DNA of 22,356 nucleotides from an uncultured virus (IMG/VR IMGVR_UViG_2049941000_000702) (Duplodnaviria; Heunggongvirae; Uroviricota; Caudoviricetes). This document shows, piece after piece, positions 9,596 through 19,299 of the stretch. Location: the IMG/VR virus record IMGVR_UViG_2049941000_000702. One strand, 5' to 3'. Position numbers and translations under genes: made by a program. Position 1 is the first letter of the stretch, and each line of letters opens with the position of its first letter. The notes beneath the pieces are model-generated. The model ran no database searches. It worked only from the letters and a program-made list of their open reading frames with translations, and was not told where the DNA came from.

Positions 9596-10501
9596 TTATC
9601 CTTTTACCGCGCCCATCATGATGCCTTTCACAAAATATTTCTGTACGAATACGTACGCTACCATTACGGGGAAGCTCGCTATAAAGATAAGGGAGTATTT
9701 CATGGTCTCAGCCAGCATCGCACGCTGCACCGCGTTTTCGATTTCTTCGTCAGTGGCTGACAGACCCAGCGTCTGCAGGGCATTCTGGCTGGAAGACAGT
9801 ATGTTCTTTAATATCAGCTGAAGGGGATACATGGCGTCTTTTGACAGGTAGATCATGGCGGTAAAATAACCGTTCCAGTGTCTTACCGCGTAGAACAGGC
9901 CCATGACCGCGATTATCGCTCCAGAAAGGGGAAGCGCGATCTTGGCGAAGATGCCTATGTCTGAGCAGCCGTCGATCTCTGCCGCTTCATAGATATCGTT
10001 GGGTATGGAAGTCTGATAGAAGTTGCGCGTGACGACGAGATTGAATATGTCAACACCGTTTAGAAAGATCAACGCGTACCAGCTGTTTACAAGGCCGACC
10101 TTTTTTACTACTATGTATGTGGGAATGAGACCGCCGCTGAAGTACAGGGTAAACATGAACACCCATATGAACACACGCGAGCAGGGCAGCTCCTTTTTGG
10201 CCAGCGCATAGGCAGCGGGAATGGTCAGGATCAGGTTGAACAAAGTTCCGAATACGGTATAGATGATCGTATTTTTATAGCCTGTCCAGATGCTCTTGCT
10301 CCTGATGACGTTTTCATATGCCTTCATTGTAATGCCTTTGGGCAGCAGGAATGTCTGACCGTTGGCAGTCGCAATAGGGTCTGATATGGATGCTACGATC
10401 GTGAAATAAAGCGGATAAACGATTATCAGCAGCGTAACTGCCAGAAGTATGTACACCACTAAGTCGAAAGCTTCCAGAGGACGGCGTTTATGCTTCAACA
10501 T
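9596..10501 (-). CDS. Carbohydrate ABC transporter permease (MalG/LplC type)
   Basis: FSGGLIPTY, EAA motif IYEAAEIDGC, WNGYF, C-terminal FVQKYFVKGIMMGAVKG. RBS GGAGG before ATG at 10501. Confidence 0.93.
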   Translation of the reverse strand: MLKHKRRPLEAFDLVVYILLAVTLLIIVYPLYFTIVASISDPIATANGQTFLLPKGITMKAYENVIRSKSIWTGYKNTIIYTVFGTLFNLILTIPAAYALAKKELPCSRVFIWVFMFTLYFSGGLIPTYIVVKKVGLVNSWYALIFLNGVDIFNLVVTRNFYQTSIPNDIYEAAEIDGCSDIGIFAKIALPLSGAIIAVMGLFYAVRHWNGYFTAMIYLSKDAMYPLQLILKNILSSSQNALQTLGLSATDEEIENAVQRAMLAETMKYSLIFIASFPVMVAYVFVQKYFVKGIMMGAVKG

Positions 10502-10512
10502 TTTGACACCTC

Positions 10513-11436
10513 CTATATGGACGTTTCCGAATAGCGCCGGGCAAGCATGTTGACGCATATAAGGAGGATAAGGTTGGTCACATTGTTTACAAGTCCTATG
10601 GCAGTGGTGTAGCTAAACTGAGCTCCAGCAAGGCCGACCCGGTATACGTAAGTGGAGATGACATCGGAGTAATCCATATTGAGGTCGTTCTGCAGCAGCA
10701 GCACTTTCTGAAAACCAACAGTAAGCAGCTGACCTACTTTAAGGATCAGCTGGGTGATGGCTATCGGCTTCAGACACTGGAAATTAATGTGGTACATTAT
10801 GCGGGTGCGGCCGGCGCCGTCTATCTTCGCGGCTTCGATCAGGTTGGAGTCCACAGCGCTGAGTGCAGCAATGTATATGACTGAAGCGTAGCCGGACTCC
10901 TGCCAGATGCCCGACCAAACGAATATGTGCTTGAACAACGGGCCCTCTGACAGGAACGCTATACGTTCCTTGCCCATCAACACCCTAAGCGCGTTGAAAA
11001 TGCCGGCGGAACGGTCCATAAAAAGGATCACCATTCCGCACATTGCGACCATGGAAATAAAATGGGGGAGGAATACCACCATCTGCACGGTTTTTTTGAA
11101 CGCCACGTTCCTGACTTCATTAAGCAGCAGCGCGATTATAATTGGGAAGGGAAAGCCAGCTACCAGGGTGTAGCCGCTGAGTACCAGGGTATTCTTGACT
11201 GTCTGCCAGAAAAAGGGATAGTTGATGAAACGTTTGAAATACACAAGGCCTAGATAGTGGCTTTTCCAGAAACCAAGTGTAGGGCTGTAGTCCTTGAAGG
11301 CGATTTGGAGGCCTATCATGGGCCAGTAATTGAATATGAGGATATAGACCAAGGCGGGCAGCAGCAAAAGCAGCAACTGCCAGTGCCTGAATCGTTTTCT
11401 AAGCCTCGCGCTGATACTGTACTTTGTTGCCTGCAT
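10513..11436 (-). CDS. Carbohydrate ABC transporter permease (LplB/YteP type)
   Basis: GLQIAFKDY, LPHFISMV, EAA motif LIEAAKIDGAGR, DVISTYVYRVGL. Confidence 0.93.
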   Translation of the reverse strand: MQATKYSISARLRKRFRHWQLLLLLLPALVYILIFNYWPMIGLQIAFKDYSPTLGFWKSHYLGLVYFKRFINYPFFWQTVKNTLVLSGYTLVAGFPFPIIIALLLNEVRNVAFKKTVQMVVFLPHFISMVAMCGMVILFMDRSAGIFNALRVLMGKERIAFLSEGPLFKHIFVWSGIWQESGYASVIYIAALSAVDSNLIEAAKIDGAGRTRIMYHINFQCLKPIAITQLILKVGQLLTVGFQKVLLLQNDLNMDYSDVISTYVYRVGLAGAQFSYTTAIGLVNNVTNLILLICVNMLARRYSETSI

Positions 11437-11505
11437 AGTTCAGCACCTCGGAAATGTTTNNNNNNNNNNTTATGACGTTTAATGCCAAAGTTTTTTGCTC
11501 GGCTT

Positions 11506-13730
11506 TCAGCTCGCCGATTTGCCGTATTCGACTTCGGGGTCGAAATTGAGCCTGAGTTCCGGATACCCGTTGTCTTCCAGAAATTTCTGTACCTCCTTTA
11601 TGGTATCCATGTAGAAGCAATCCAGTATGACCCCGTAGTATCCTTTCGGGCCGTAGCGCTTGACCGTCAAACCGGCTTTGTCAAGCAGGATCTCCGACAG
11701 CCAGGGCGGCAGATTAAGCCCTATGCATAACGCAATTACCTGATCCAGCTCGTATGACGGACGCTCTTCGGTACGCAGTCTTAGAATGGTGTTGCGGGAA
11801 AGTGGGATACGATCCTTCAGGTCGTCAACGGTGACTCTGCCTTTCATGATATACGACAGCGCACCATGGAATGACAGCGGCATATCTTCCATAAGTCGGT
11901 CTTTCATTTTCTGCGCGTCTTTTACGGACAGTGTGCCGGCAGAGCTCAGGAATCTCATTGAATTCTTCAGATCTTCATCACTATTCATCTGCCTGTATGA
12001 ATAGCGGCACTTGTGAGCTTCAGTGTACTTTTTGTCAAAGGGCAGGCAGACTTCGTCCGCGTGCGCGTTGGCCCACGGCGACAGCCGCGCGCGCCGGAGG
12101 CGGTGNNNNNNNNNNNNNNNNNNNNNNNNNNNNNNNNNNNNNNNNNNNNNNNNNNNNNNNNNNNNNNNNNNNNNNNNNNNNNNNNNNNNNNNNNNNNNNN
12201 NNNNNNNNNNNNNNNNNNNNNNNNNNNNNNNNNNNNNNNNNNNNNNNNNNNNNNNNNNNNNNNNNNNNNNNNNNNNNNNNNNNNNNNNNNNNNNNNNNNN
12301 NNNNNNNNNNNNNNNNNNNNNNNNNNNNNNNNNNNNNNNNNNNNNNNNNNNNNNNNNNNNNNNNNNNNNNNNNNNNNNNNNNNNNNNNNNNNNNNNNNNN
12401 NNNNNNNNNNNNNNNNNNNNNNNNNNNNNNNNNNNNNNNNNNNNNNNNNNNNNNNNNNNNNNNNNNNNNNNNNNNNNNNNNNNNNNNNNNNNNNNNNNNN
12501 NNNNNNNNNNNNNNNNNNNNNNNNNNNNNNNNNNNNNNNNNNNNNNNNNNNNNNNNNNNNNNNNNNNNNNNNNNNNNNNNNNNNNGTTTCATGCGCGCCT
12601 TTATCCGGGCTTTTGAGAGCTGGTACTTCTCCGAGATCATGCGTATCATATATTCAAACCTGAAACCGTCGTGATCGAAATACCCTTTCTTGCGGGCATA
12701 GGGTTTGTNNNNNNNNNNCCGGCACCAGGTATTTGTCCAGTCTCCAGGAATAACGGAGGTATTTCCTGTTTTCCAGCAGCCCGAACTCGTGCAGCGAGCA
12801 TTCTTCGTCCACGTCGTCGAAGCAGAACCAGAAAATGACATAGAACCAGAAAAAGTCCGTATCTGTTTCGTTTCCGGACTTTACCTTGAGTTCTAGCCTT
12901 ACCTCGAGATCGACATAAAAGGTCTGCCTGCTTTCGCCCCAGTAGCGGATGCTTTTCACGCTGCACTCTTCGGGCAAAATGCGCTCGGACACGATATCCC
13001 GGCCGGTCTTTTCGGCTATGCTCCCGTCGGCCAGCAGTTCGTTAAGTTCTGTGAGCAGCTGTTTATCGTAGTGCTTATGGNNNNNNNNNNGCCTTGGGCA
13101 TCATAAGGCAGTAACTGCCCAGGCGTGCCTGGCTCTCCATAAAACTTACCGGCCCGGAAGAGGCCTTGTCCTTCTTTACGGTCAACTTGCTGGTACTGAG
13201 CTGCTCGATATCGCTGTTGTGCATGGATTGCAGCTTATAGAACAGATAATGCCACTCGTAGTGGATACACTCATGGTACAGGTCCAGGTTGTAATCGTAA
13301 TCGCTGTCCGTATCGCTGTTGAGCACTATTGTCTTCGCCTTCACCTGTACCTCGACAGGGTCTTTCCGTCTGCAATTGAAAGGCTCTGACTGGGTGAGCA
13401 GTCTGCCGTCTTCGAAGAATATGATACCTCTGGTATGCGGACGGTCGGAGAGCCTATGGTAGACCACAGTGAGCCCCATCGCGTTGCAAAGGTAATTCGG
13501 ATGCCGCGCTTCCGGATTGTCCGCGGCTTCCGGCAGATACTTTTTCCAAATCTNNNNNNNNNNTGTTTATCGTAGTGCTTATGGAAATATGTGTCCATGT
13601 CGATGACGTTGGGGACGAGTACAGTCTTTTCGTGATTTTCCTCATCTTCGTCGTCATCATCTTCTACTTCAACAAATTCGAACCGGGAATCTTCCTCTCG
13701 TTCCTCTTCGGAAATGTATTCTTCTTCCAT
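11506..13730 (-). CDS. Large ImmA/IrrE-type zinc metallopeptidase with C-terminal HTH-like domain; contigs out of order in the scaffold
   Basis: HExxH motif (YHECIHYEWH) plus ESQA in 13553-13091. An exact 21-bp overlap (13564-13584 = 13060-13080) joins ...FHKHYDK to QLLTELNE... in frame. The frame is open from 12105 to the stop at 11506 and contains LSRNTILRLR...VIALCIGLNLPP. Confidence 0.75.
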
Positions 13731-13749
13731 TCTCGCTATNNNNNNNNNN

Positions 13750-14925
13750 GAGGCAGGCGTTGAATACGGCCCTGTAGCCGTAGCGCGCCCGTATATCGTC
13801 TATGGCGTCGTCGAGGCTGCGCTGTTTATCCCTTCGCGCGTAATCGTTGAATAAATCAGTCTGCACCGCGCAGGAGGCGTTTGCAAGCTTGATGCCGCGT
13901 ATCGTGAGCGCGCGTATGGGCTTGTACCACATGTACCGCTCATGGAAAAGAGCGTAGCCCGCGCAGGCGATCTCGTAAGGGCTCTGTGTAGGGTAGTGGA
14001 GCGGCATCTGCCACATGTACCAGCCAAGGTCCTTGTCTCTTACGGAGACCTCCACGCCCCGGGCCATGAAGCCGTGTTTGCGTAATCTGTGGCCCACGTC
14101 CTGCGCCAGTTCCAGCAGCACCAGCCAGGCTTCATAATTGGTGTCCAGGTCGCGCACGCATGTGGTGCCGTGGCCTATGGTCTTTATGGGACACTCGTAG
14201 TTCTCCGGCATGACGGGGGAGTAGTCCGTGCCGTTGGCGAAGTGCCACAGCATCGCGCCGTTCTTGCCAAGCTTGCGGAAGATATAGTTTATGTCCGCTC
14301 TGGCCAGGTCGCCTATGGTGCGTATGTTCCACTCCAGCAGTTTCCTGGTGGTCGCCGGGCCTACGTACAGCAGGTCGGATACGGGCAGTTTCCACGCCTT
14401 TTCGCGGAAGTTCTCTTTGCTTACTACTGTGACGGCATCCGGCTTTTTCATGTCGCTGCCCAGCTTGGCGAAGATCTTGCTGAATGAGACGCCTATGCTT
14501 ACGGTCAGTCCGGTTTCTTCCTTGACGGTTTCGCGTATTTCCTCGGCGATAGCCAGTCCGTCGTTTTCCACGTTCCTGCAGCCGTCCAGCAGTATCCAGT
14601 TCTCGTCCATGCCGAAGGGCTCGATATCGTTGGCGTATCTTTTATATATTGAGCGCACTATGCTGCTGTAATGCAGGTAAAGGTCATAGTGCGGGTCTAC
14701 TATTATCAGGTCAGGACACGCCTGCTTCGCCTGCCAGTTGGCCATGCCCGTCTTCACACCTGAACGCTTGGCGGGATAGCTGGCGGTGAGCACGATGCCG
14801 TGACGGTTCTCTGTGGAACCGCATACCGCTATCTTCTTTCCCTTAAGTTCAGGATGCTCGTTCATCTCCACGCTGGCGTAGTAACAGTTCAGGTCACTGT
14901 GAAGTATGACAGCCTCGTTCCTCAT
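13750..14925 (-). CDS. dinB: Y-family DNA polymerase IV / UmuC-like; last residues in gap
   Basis: ILHSDLNCYYASVE, ASYPAKRSGVKTGM, IEPFGMDE, SIGVSFSKIFAKLGSDMKKPD, IDDIRARYG. Alternative ATG at 14940. Confidence 0.93.
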
Positions 14926-14944
14926 TTTGTTCCAGCCCATGCAG

Positions 14945-15047
14945 AATATTTTTGATAACTTCACNNNNNNNNNNACAGCACGAATTGTAGCAGATGTGAT
15001 GTGATTAGTCAAGAGGAAATGTGAAGTTACGGCAAATATTATTTCAC
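14945..15047. promoter_or_regulatory. Inverted repeat pair flanking the dinB promoter; candidate XRE operators
   Basis: AATATTTttgaTAACTTCAC (14945-14964) versus GTGAAGTTAcggcAAATATT (15021-15040), 16/20 complementary. Also GTGAA-N17-TTCAC at 15021-15047. Confidence 0.55.
14984..15012 (-). promoter_or_regulatory. Sigma-A promoter for dinB
   Basis: TTGACT (15012-15007), 17-bp spacer, TACAAT (14989-14984), with extended -10 TGn. Confidence 0.75.
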
Positions 15048-15065
15048 ACGGACGGAGGAAAGGGA

Positions 15066-15807
15066 ATGGGTAGTCTTTCAGAGAAACTGTACAGGGCCCG
15101 TGTAGTCGCGCATTTGAACCAGGAGGAGCTCGGAGCACAGGTCGGCGTGTCCAGGCGATCCATAATCGCATATGAGGGCGGTCAGTCGATCCCGCGCAAG
15201 GCCGTGCTGCGCAGGCTGGCCCAGACGCTGGGAGTTACCGAGTATTACCTGACGCACGACGACTGCGACGATCCCGACGAAGGGCAGGCACGGGAGAAGA
15301 ACTTGAACATGGTGCGTGAGCGGTTCGGTGCCAAAGGCGCGAAGGAAGCGGCTGCGTTACTGGAAAAGGGGAGCGTCTTCTTCGCGGGCGGGGATATTTC
15401 CCAGGAAGACAAGGACGCGCTGTTCGACGCGCTCATGANNNNNNNNNNNNNNNNNNNNNNNNNNNNNNNNNNNNNNNNNNNNNNNNNNNNNNNNNNNNNN
15501 NNNNNNNNNNNNNNNNNNNNNNNNNNNNNNNNNNNNNNNNNNNNNNNNNNNNNNNNNNNNNNNNNNNNNNNNNNNNNNNNNNNNNNNNNNNNNNNNNNNN
15601 NNNNNNNNNNNNNNNNNNNNNNNNNNNNNNNNNNNNNNNNNNNNNNNNNNNNNNNNNNNNNNNNNNNNNNNNNNNNNNNNNNNNNNNNNNNNNNNNNNNN
15701 NNNNNNNNNNNNNNNNNNNNNNNNNNNNNNNNNNNNNGACAGCGAAGAATGAAGCGAGGGCAAAATTCACTCCCAAGAGCGTCAAGGCCGCGGTGAAGAA
15801 TAAATAG
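15066..15807 (+). CDS. XRE/ImmR-like HTH repressor; the internal N gap is probably over-estimated
   Basis: LNQEELGAQVGVSRRSIIAYEGGQSIP HTH; FFAGGDISQEDKDALFDALM. After the gap, TAKNEARAKFTPKSVKAAVKNK* fits the C-terminus of this family. Confidence 0.85.
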
Positions 15808-15844
15808 TAAGTTCATATCTGGTCGATTGGAGACGGATGCAGAA

Positions 15845-16358
15845 ATGATTAACTACGATTTGATCACAGACGAGGTCCGGCGCCTCAGGCGGGAATATGA
15901 GGAGACAGATCCCGACCGCTTATGCCGGCTCATGGGGATCACGGTCATTGACTATGACACCGCGGTAGTGCCTGCGAACTTTAAAGGGCTGACCCTGATC
16001 CAGTCACGCAGGCCTGTGATACTACTGAATTCCAAGCTGAGCGAGAACCTCCGCCAGATCGTACTGGCGCATGAGCTGGGGCACGCTGTGCTGCATGGGG
16101 AACTGGCGGACCTGCGCGCGTTCACCGATTTTGACATGTTCGGCATGAACGACCAGTGTGAGCACGAGGCGAACGTTTTCGCTGCCGAGCTGCTACTGGA
16201 CGACGACGTGGTGCTTGATGCGCTGAACGACGATATGACTTTCTTCGGCGCCGCGAAGACACTGTGCGTTCCTCCGGAGCTACTGGACTTCAAATTCCGG
16301 GTGCTAAAGCATCAGGGGTATAAAATCAGGCCCATAATGATAGCGAACAGCAGGTTCC
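15845..16358 (+). CDS. ImmA/IrrE family metallo-endopeptidase (anti-repressor); stop probably in gap
   Basis: IVLAHELGHAVLH (HExxH) and EHEANVFAAELL, immediately downstream of the XRE gene. Confidence 0.92.
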
Positions 16359-16477
16359 NNNNNNNNNNNNNNNNNNNNNNNNNNNNNNNNNNNNNNNNNN
16401 NNNNNNNNNNNNNNNNNNNNNNNNNNNNNNNNNNNNNNNNNNNNNNNNNNNNNNNNNNNNNNNNNNNNNNNNNNNNN

Positions 16478-17035
16478 GATGACGATTTACAGAGTGTTGT
16501 CAAAAATGCATTCGAGACGGAAGAAGCTGCCAGGAAAAAAGCTGATGAGGAGCGCATGACCTTGGAGGAGGAACGAACTGCCACTGCGGCGACACCTGTA
16601 AAACCAAGAGTAATGGTTGATCCTTTGTATACGGGAACAAAGTCTGTAATGATTTACTTCGAGCCCGTTAATCTGAAGCAGTGGAACATGTTTGAAAAGG
16701 TGAGTGGAATTGGTCATGTTGAGCCGTTCCTTGCAACACAGAGCATGGAATACGGTGATCGTGTTCTCCTTCATGTCGGTCAACAGGATAAGCGCTACGA
16801 AAGCGGTATATATGCTTACGGCACTGTGATCAAAGGCCCATTCGTTTTGAGAGGACACCCTGATGATTACTGCAACTACAAAAACACAGTTATGATCCGA
16901 TTCGATAGGATCAGCTACACATCACCGCTGATTACCCACGATGCGTGTACCGAGTTTATACGTCAATTCAGGACTGTGCATAGGATCGATCCGGAATACT
17001 ATGATATGATTGATAATCTCTTGCATATCCGATGA
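16478..17035 (+). CDS. Protein with C-terminal EVE/PUA-like domain; start in gap
   Basis: Charged helical linker followed by W...SMEYGDRVLLHVG...SGIYAYGTVIKGP...VMIRFD, a pattern resembling EVE domains. Confidence 0.55.
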   Translation, partial: DDDLQSVVKNAFETEEAARKKADEERMTLEEERTATAATPVKPRVMVDPLYTGTKSVMIYFEPVNLKQWNMFEKVSGIGHVEPFLATQSMEYGDRVLLHVGQQDKRYESGIYAYGTVIKGPFVLRGHPDDYCNYKNTVMIRFDRISYTSPLITHDACTEFIRQFRTVHRIDPEYYDMIDNLLHIR

Positions 17036-17152
17036 ATGTTTCCCAAACCCTCCTAGCAGTGGCGAATATAAGTAACCAAGAATTCCACTATTCATCATTC
17101 AAAAACAAAGTAGAAATGAATACGAGAGCTATGCATTGATGGAGATGGAAAT

Positions 17153-17434
17153 ATGAAGCAGGTAAACGAATACAAAGTATACGTCCCAGTGGAAGTGCGG
17201 TTCACTGAAGACGGTACCATGCTTCCCAAATATATCGTCTGGGAAGACGGAAAGAAATACAAAATCGACAAGGTCACCGACATCCGGCCGGCACATGCTA
17301 TGAAGGCCGGAGGTATGGGGGACAGGTACACTATAATAGTGAATGGCCAGCAGAGCTATATCTTTTTCGAGCGTTGCTCCATGGTGAGCGGGTGTAACCT
17401 TGGCAAGTGGTTTGTTGAGAGGAAAACAGCATAA
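17153..17434 (+). CDS. Small conserved protein of the type usually found next to clostridial dinB/umuC genes
   Basis: KVYVPVEVRFTEDG..P..IVWEDG..Y.ID.V.D.R.A.A.KAGG.G.RY...WFVERK; RBS GGAG. Confidence 0.75.
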   Translation: MKQVNEYKVYVPVEVRFTEDGTMLPKYIVWEDGKKYKIDKVTDIRPAHAMKAGGMGDRYTIIVNGQQSYIFFERCSMVSGCNLGKWFVERKTA

Positions 17435-17638
17435 TTTTCTCAGTGGTGCTTTGTATGTTGGATGGTCGACAAGAGCGCAAAAACCAGTGCCGTTTTCAGT
17501 AGCAAACGTGGGGGAACGCTGAATAAGATCCGGTATGAGAGAAAAGAAAGGTGACGGTTGAGTTTTATATAATCTGATATCGATGAATAGATAGCGCGGG
17601 CACTCGAAGTCATGTTTGCGCTGGCATGTGAAAGGCTT

Positions 17639-17668
17639 TCTGTTTATCAGATTATCATGATAAACAGA
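17639..17668. terminator. 11-bp stem hairpin between convergent genes
   Basis: TCTGTTTATCA-gattatca-TGATAAACAGA, 12 nt past the AAA_25 stop. No clear U-tract. Confidence 0.35.
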
Positions 17669-17680
17669 GAATTGATAAAC

Positions 17681-19039
17681 TCACATCCAGACCGATGATT
17701 CTCTTGACACACGCTTGCTCGTTTTGCCACACTGCCGCTTGGCCCTGTTCAGCGTCGTGAGCGAGATGCCTTCTGCTTCTGCCATCTGTTTGATCAGTGA
17801 ATGCTCTACCGGACCGTTTGCCAGCATATCTCTCAAGAAATCTATAGCCCTTTGTAGTTCTTTTCCGGGTTGTTNNNNNNNNNNCCTCTGTACGGTGCAG
17901 TGTTATTCTTCACCCCTTCAATATACAATGCAAGCCCATCACGATCGATTTTGAAAAGAGACCGTGCAATATTCTTCAGATTTGATGCTCCGATCCCCGC
18001 GTCGATATCCAATGAACCACTCTTTGTTAGGTTATTCATCAGGATGTATGCTGCACCTGTATCCCTGGCGACAATCTCAAAGTTATGCATGGCTCTAGCC
18101 ACATCGTCATTGTTTGAAAGGCGGCCTTCAATGAACGGAAATATGGGATCGACAACGACCAGTTTCGCGTCCCCTGTTAGCCTTTTGATTTTCTCGACCG
18201 TTGTAGTAAACAGTTCATCCGACTCATCTTCGACACTTAAATAACCTTCTCGTCCGCCATACTCTTCATACTTCGCTCGGATGGTGTTGCCGNNNNNNNN
18301 NNNNNNNNNNNNNNNNNNNNNNNNNNNNNNNNNNNNNNNNNNNNNNNNNNNNNNNNNNNNNNNNNNNNNNNNNNNNNNNNNNNNNNNNNNNNNNNNNNNN
18401 NNNNNNNNNNNNNNNNNNNNNNNNNNNNNNNNNNNNNNNNNNNNNNNNNNNNNNNNNNNNNNNNNNNNNNNNNNNNNNNNNNNNNNNNNNNNNNNNNNNN
18501 NNATAAGGATACCACAGGTATGAATACTTCTCTTTGGGCACCGTTTCGATTCCAACCCTTGACATGATACAGTCAGTCCTCTTTATATCTGATTATTATC
18601 GTTTTCTGTTGCATCTTCGTTGATTGGACGGCCTGTTTTCTTATAGAAGAGTTTTCTACCGACAAAGTAAACTTCTTCTCCAATTACGTACTTCTNNNNN
18701 NNNNNCGAGATATAGGCAGTTTTGACAGGTTCTCCACAGGGTCGCATGAATGGGCGATCCATTGGTATTACGTAATCGCTGACCACTAACTTGTCTTCAT
18801 TATCCTGGCCGTCCACTTCCATCCCGTTGATCGTTATCTGTTGTATTGTGGATCCATTGGGTTCTGTACTTAACGGTTCATTCATTATATAATCGATGGC
18901 GTCAATCTGCCAAACCGTCATGGTTTCTCTGGCTTTGATGGTCCCATGGACCATCCTCGGAGGATATATCCCTCGGCTCAGTTCTGCCATGATCTTGCAA
19001 AGGAGAGTTGTCTTTCCGTAACCAGCTTGCCCTTGGAAT
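17681..19039 (-). CDS. AAA_25 / RepA-like P-loop ATPase; contigs out of order, probable true start at 18565
   Basis: N-terminus MSRVGIETVPKEKYSYLWYPY (18565-18503); Walker A FQGQAGYGKTT (19039 onward); Walker B LVVVDP; IARS; KNN; C-terminal wHTH-like AIDFLRDMLANGPV...GISLTTLNRAK...VWM* ending at 17681. Confidence 0.75.
18583..18696 (-). CDS. C-terminal fragment of a small hypothetical protein upstream of the AAA_25 gene (start probably the ATG at 19119)
   Basis: KYVIGEEVYFVGRKLFYKKTGRPINEDATENDNNQI*, followed by RBS GAGG and the AAA start. The ATG at 19119 has RBS AAAGGA and runs into a gap. Confidence 0.45.
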   Translation of the reverse strand, partial: XKYVIGEEVYFVGRKLFYKKTGRPINEDATENDNNQI

Positions 19040-19201
19040 NNNNNNNNNNNNNNNNNNNNNNNNNNNNNNNNNNNNNNNNNNNNNNNNNNNNNNNNNNNNN
19101 NNNNNNNNNNNNNNNGCATAGCTTATATCCTTTCAGATTGTCGTTACCCATTGAATTACCTCCGATATGATGTAATTACATTCAGATGAACTTATAACGA
19201 T

Positions 19202-19230
19202 ATTATATATCAGTTATTACTGTTTTTCAA
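19202..19230 (-). promoter_or_regulatory. Sigma-A promoter for the hypothetical/AAA_25 unit
   Basis: TTGAAA (19230-19225), 17-bp spacer, TATAAT (19207-19202). Confidence 0.65.
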
Positions 19231-19299
19231 GTACCTATTATAGATTGTAGACAAAAAGTTTTCATGTGGTGGTAATAGCAAACTCAAACCGATTTTAAT

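Noticed and set aside
263..11730. Numerous plus-strand ORFs overlapping the minus-strand genes, and ORFs made mostly of X
   Set aside because: These are antisense shadows of well-supported genes or artefacts of reading through N runs; they carry no motifs or RBS support.
13060..13584. 21-bp direct repeat as a biological repeat
   Set aside because: Both copies are contig ends and merge into a continuous reading frame; this is an assembly overlap.
13669..15171. 500-aa DinB ORF as given in the track
   Set aside because: Both extensions read through N gaps into the promoter/XRE region and the next gene; polymerase motifs span only about 14925-13750.
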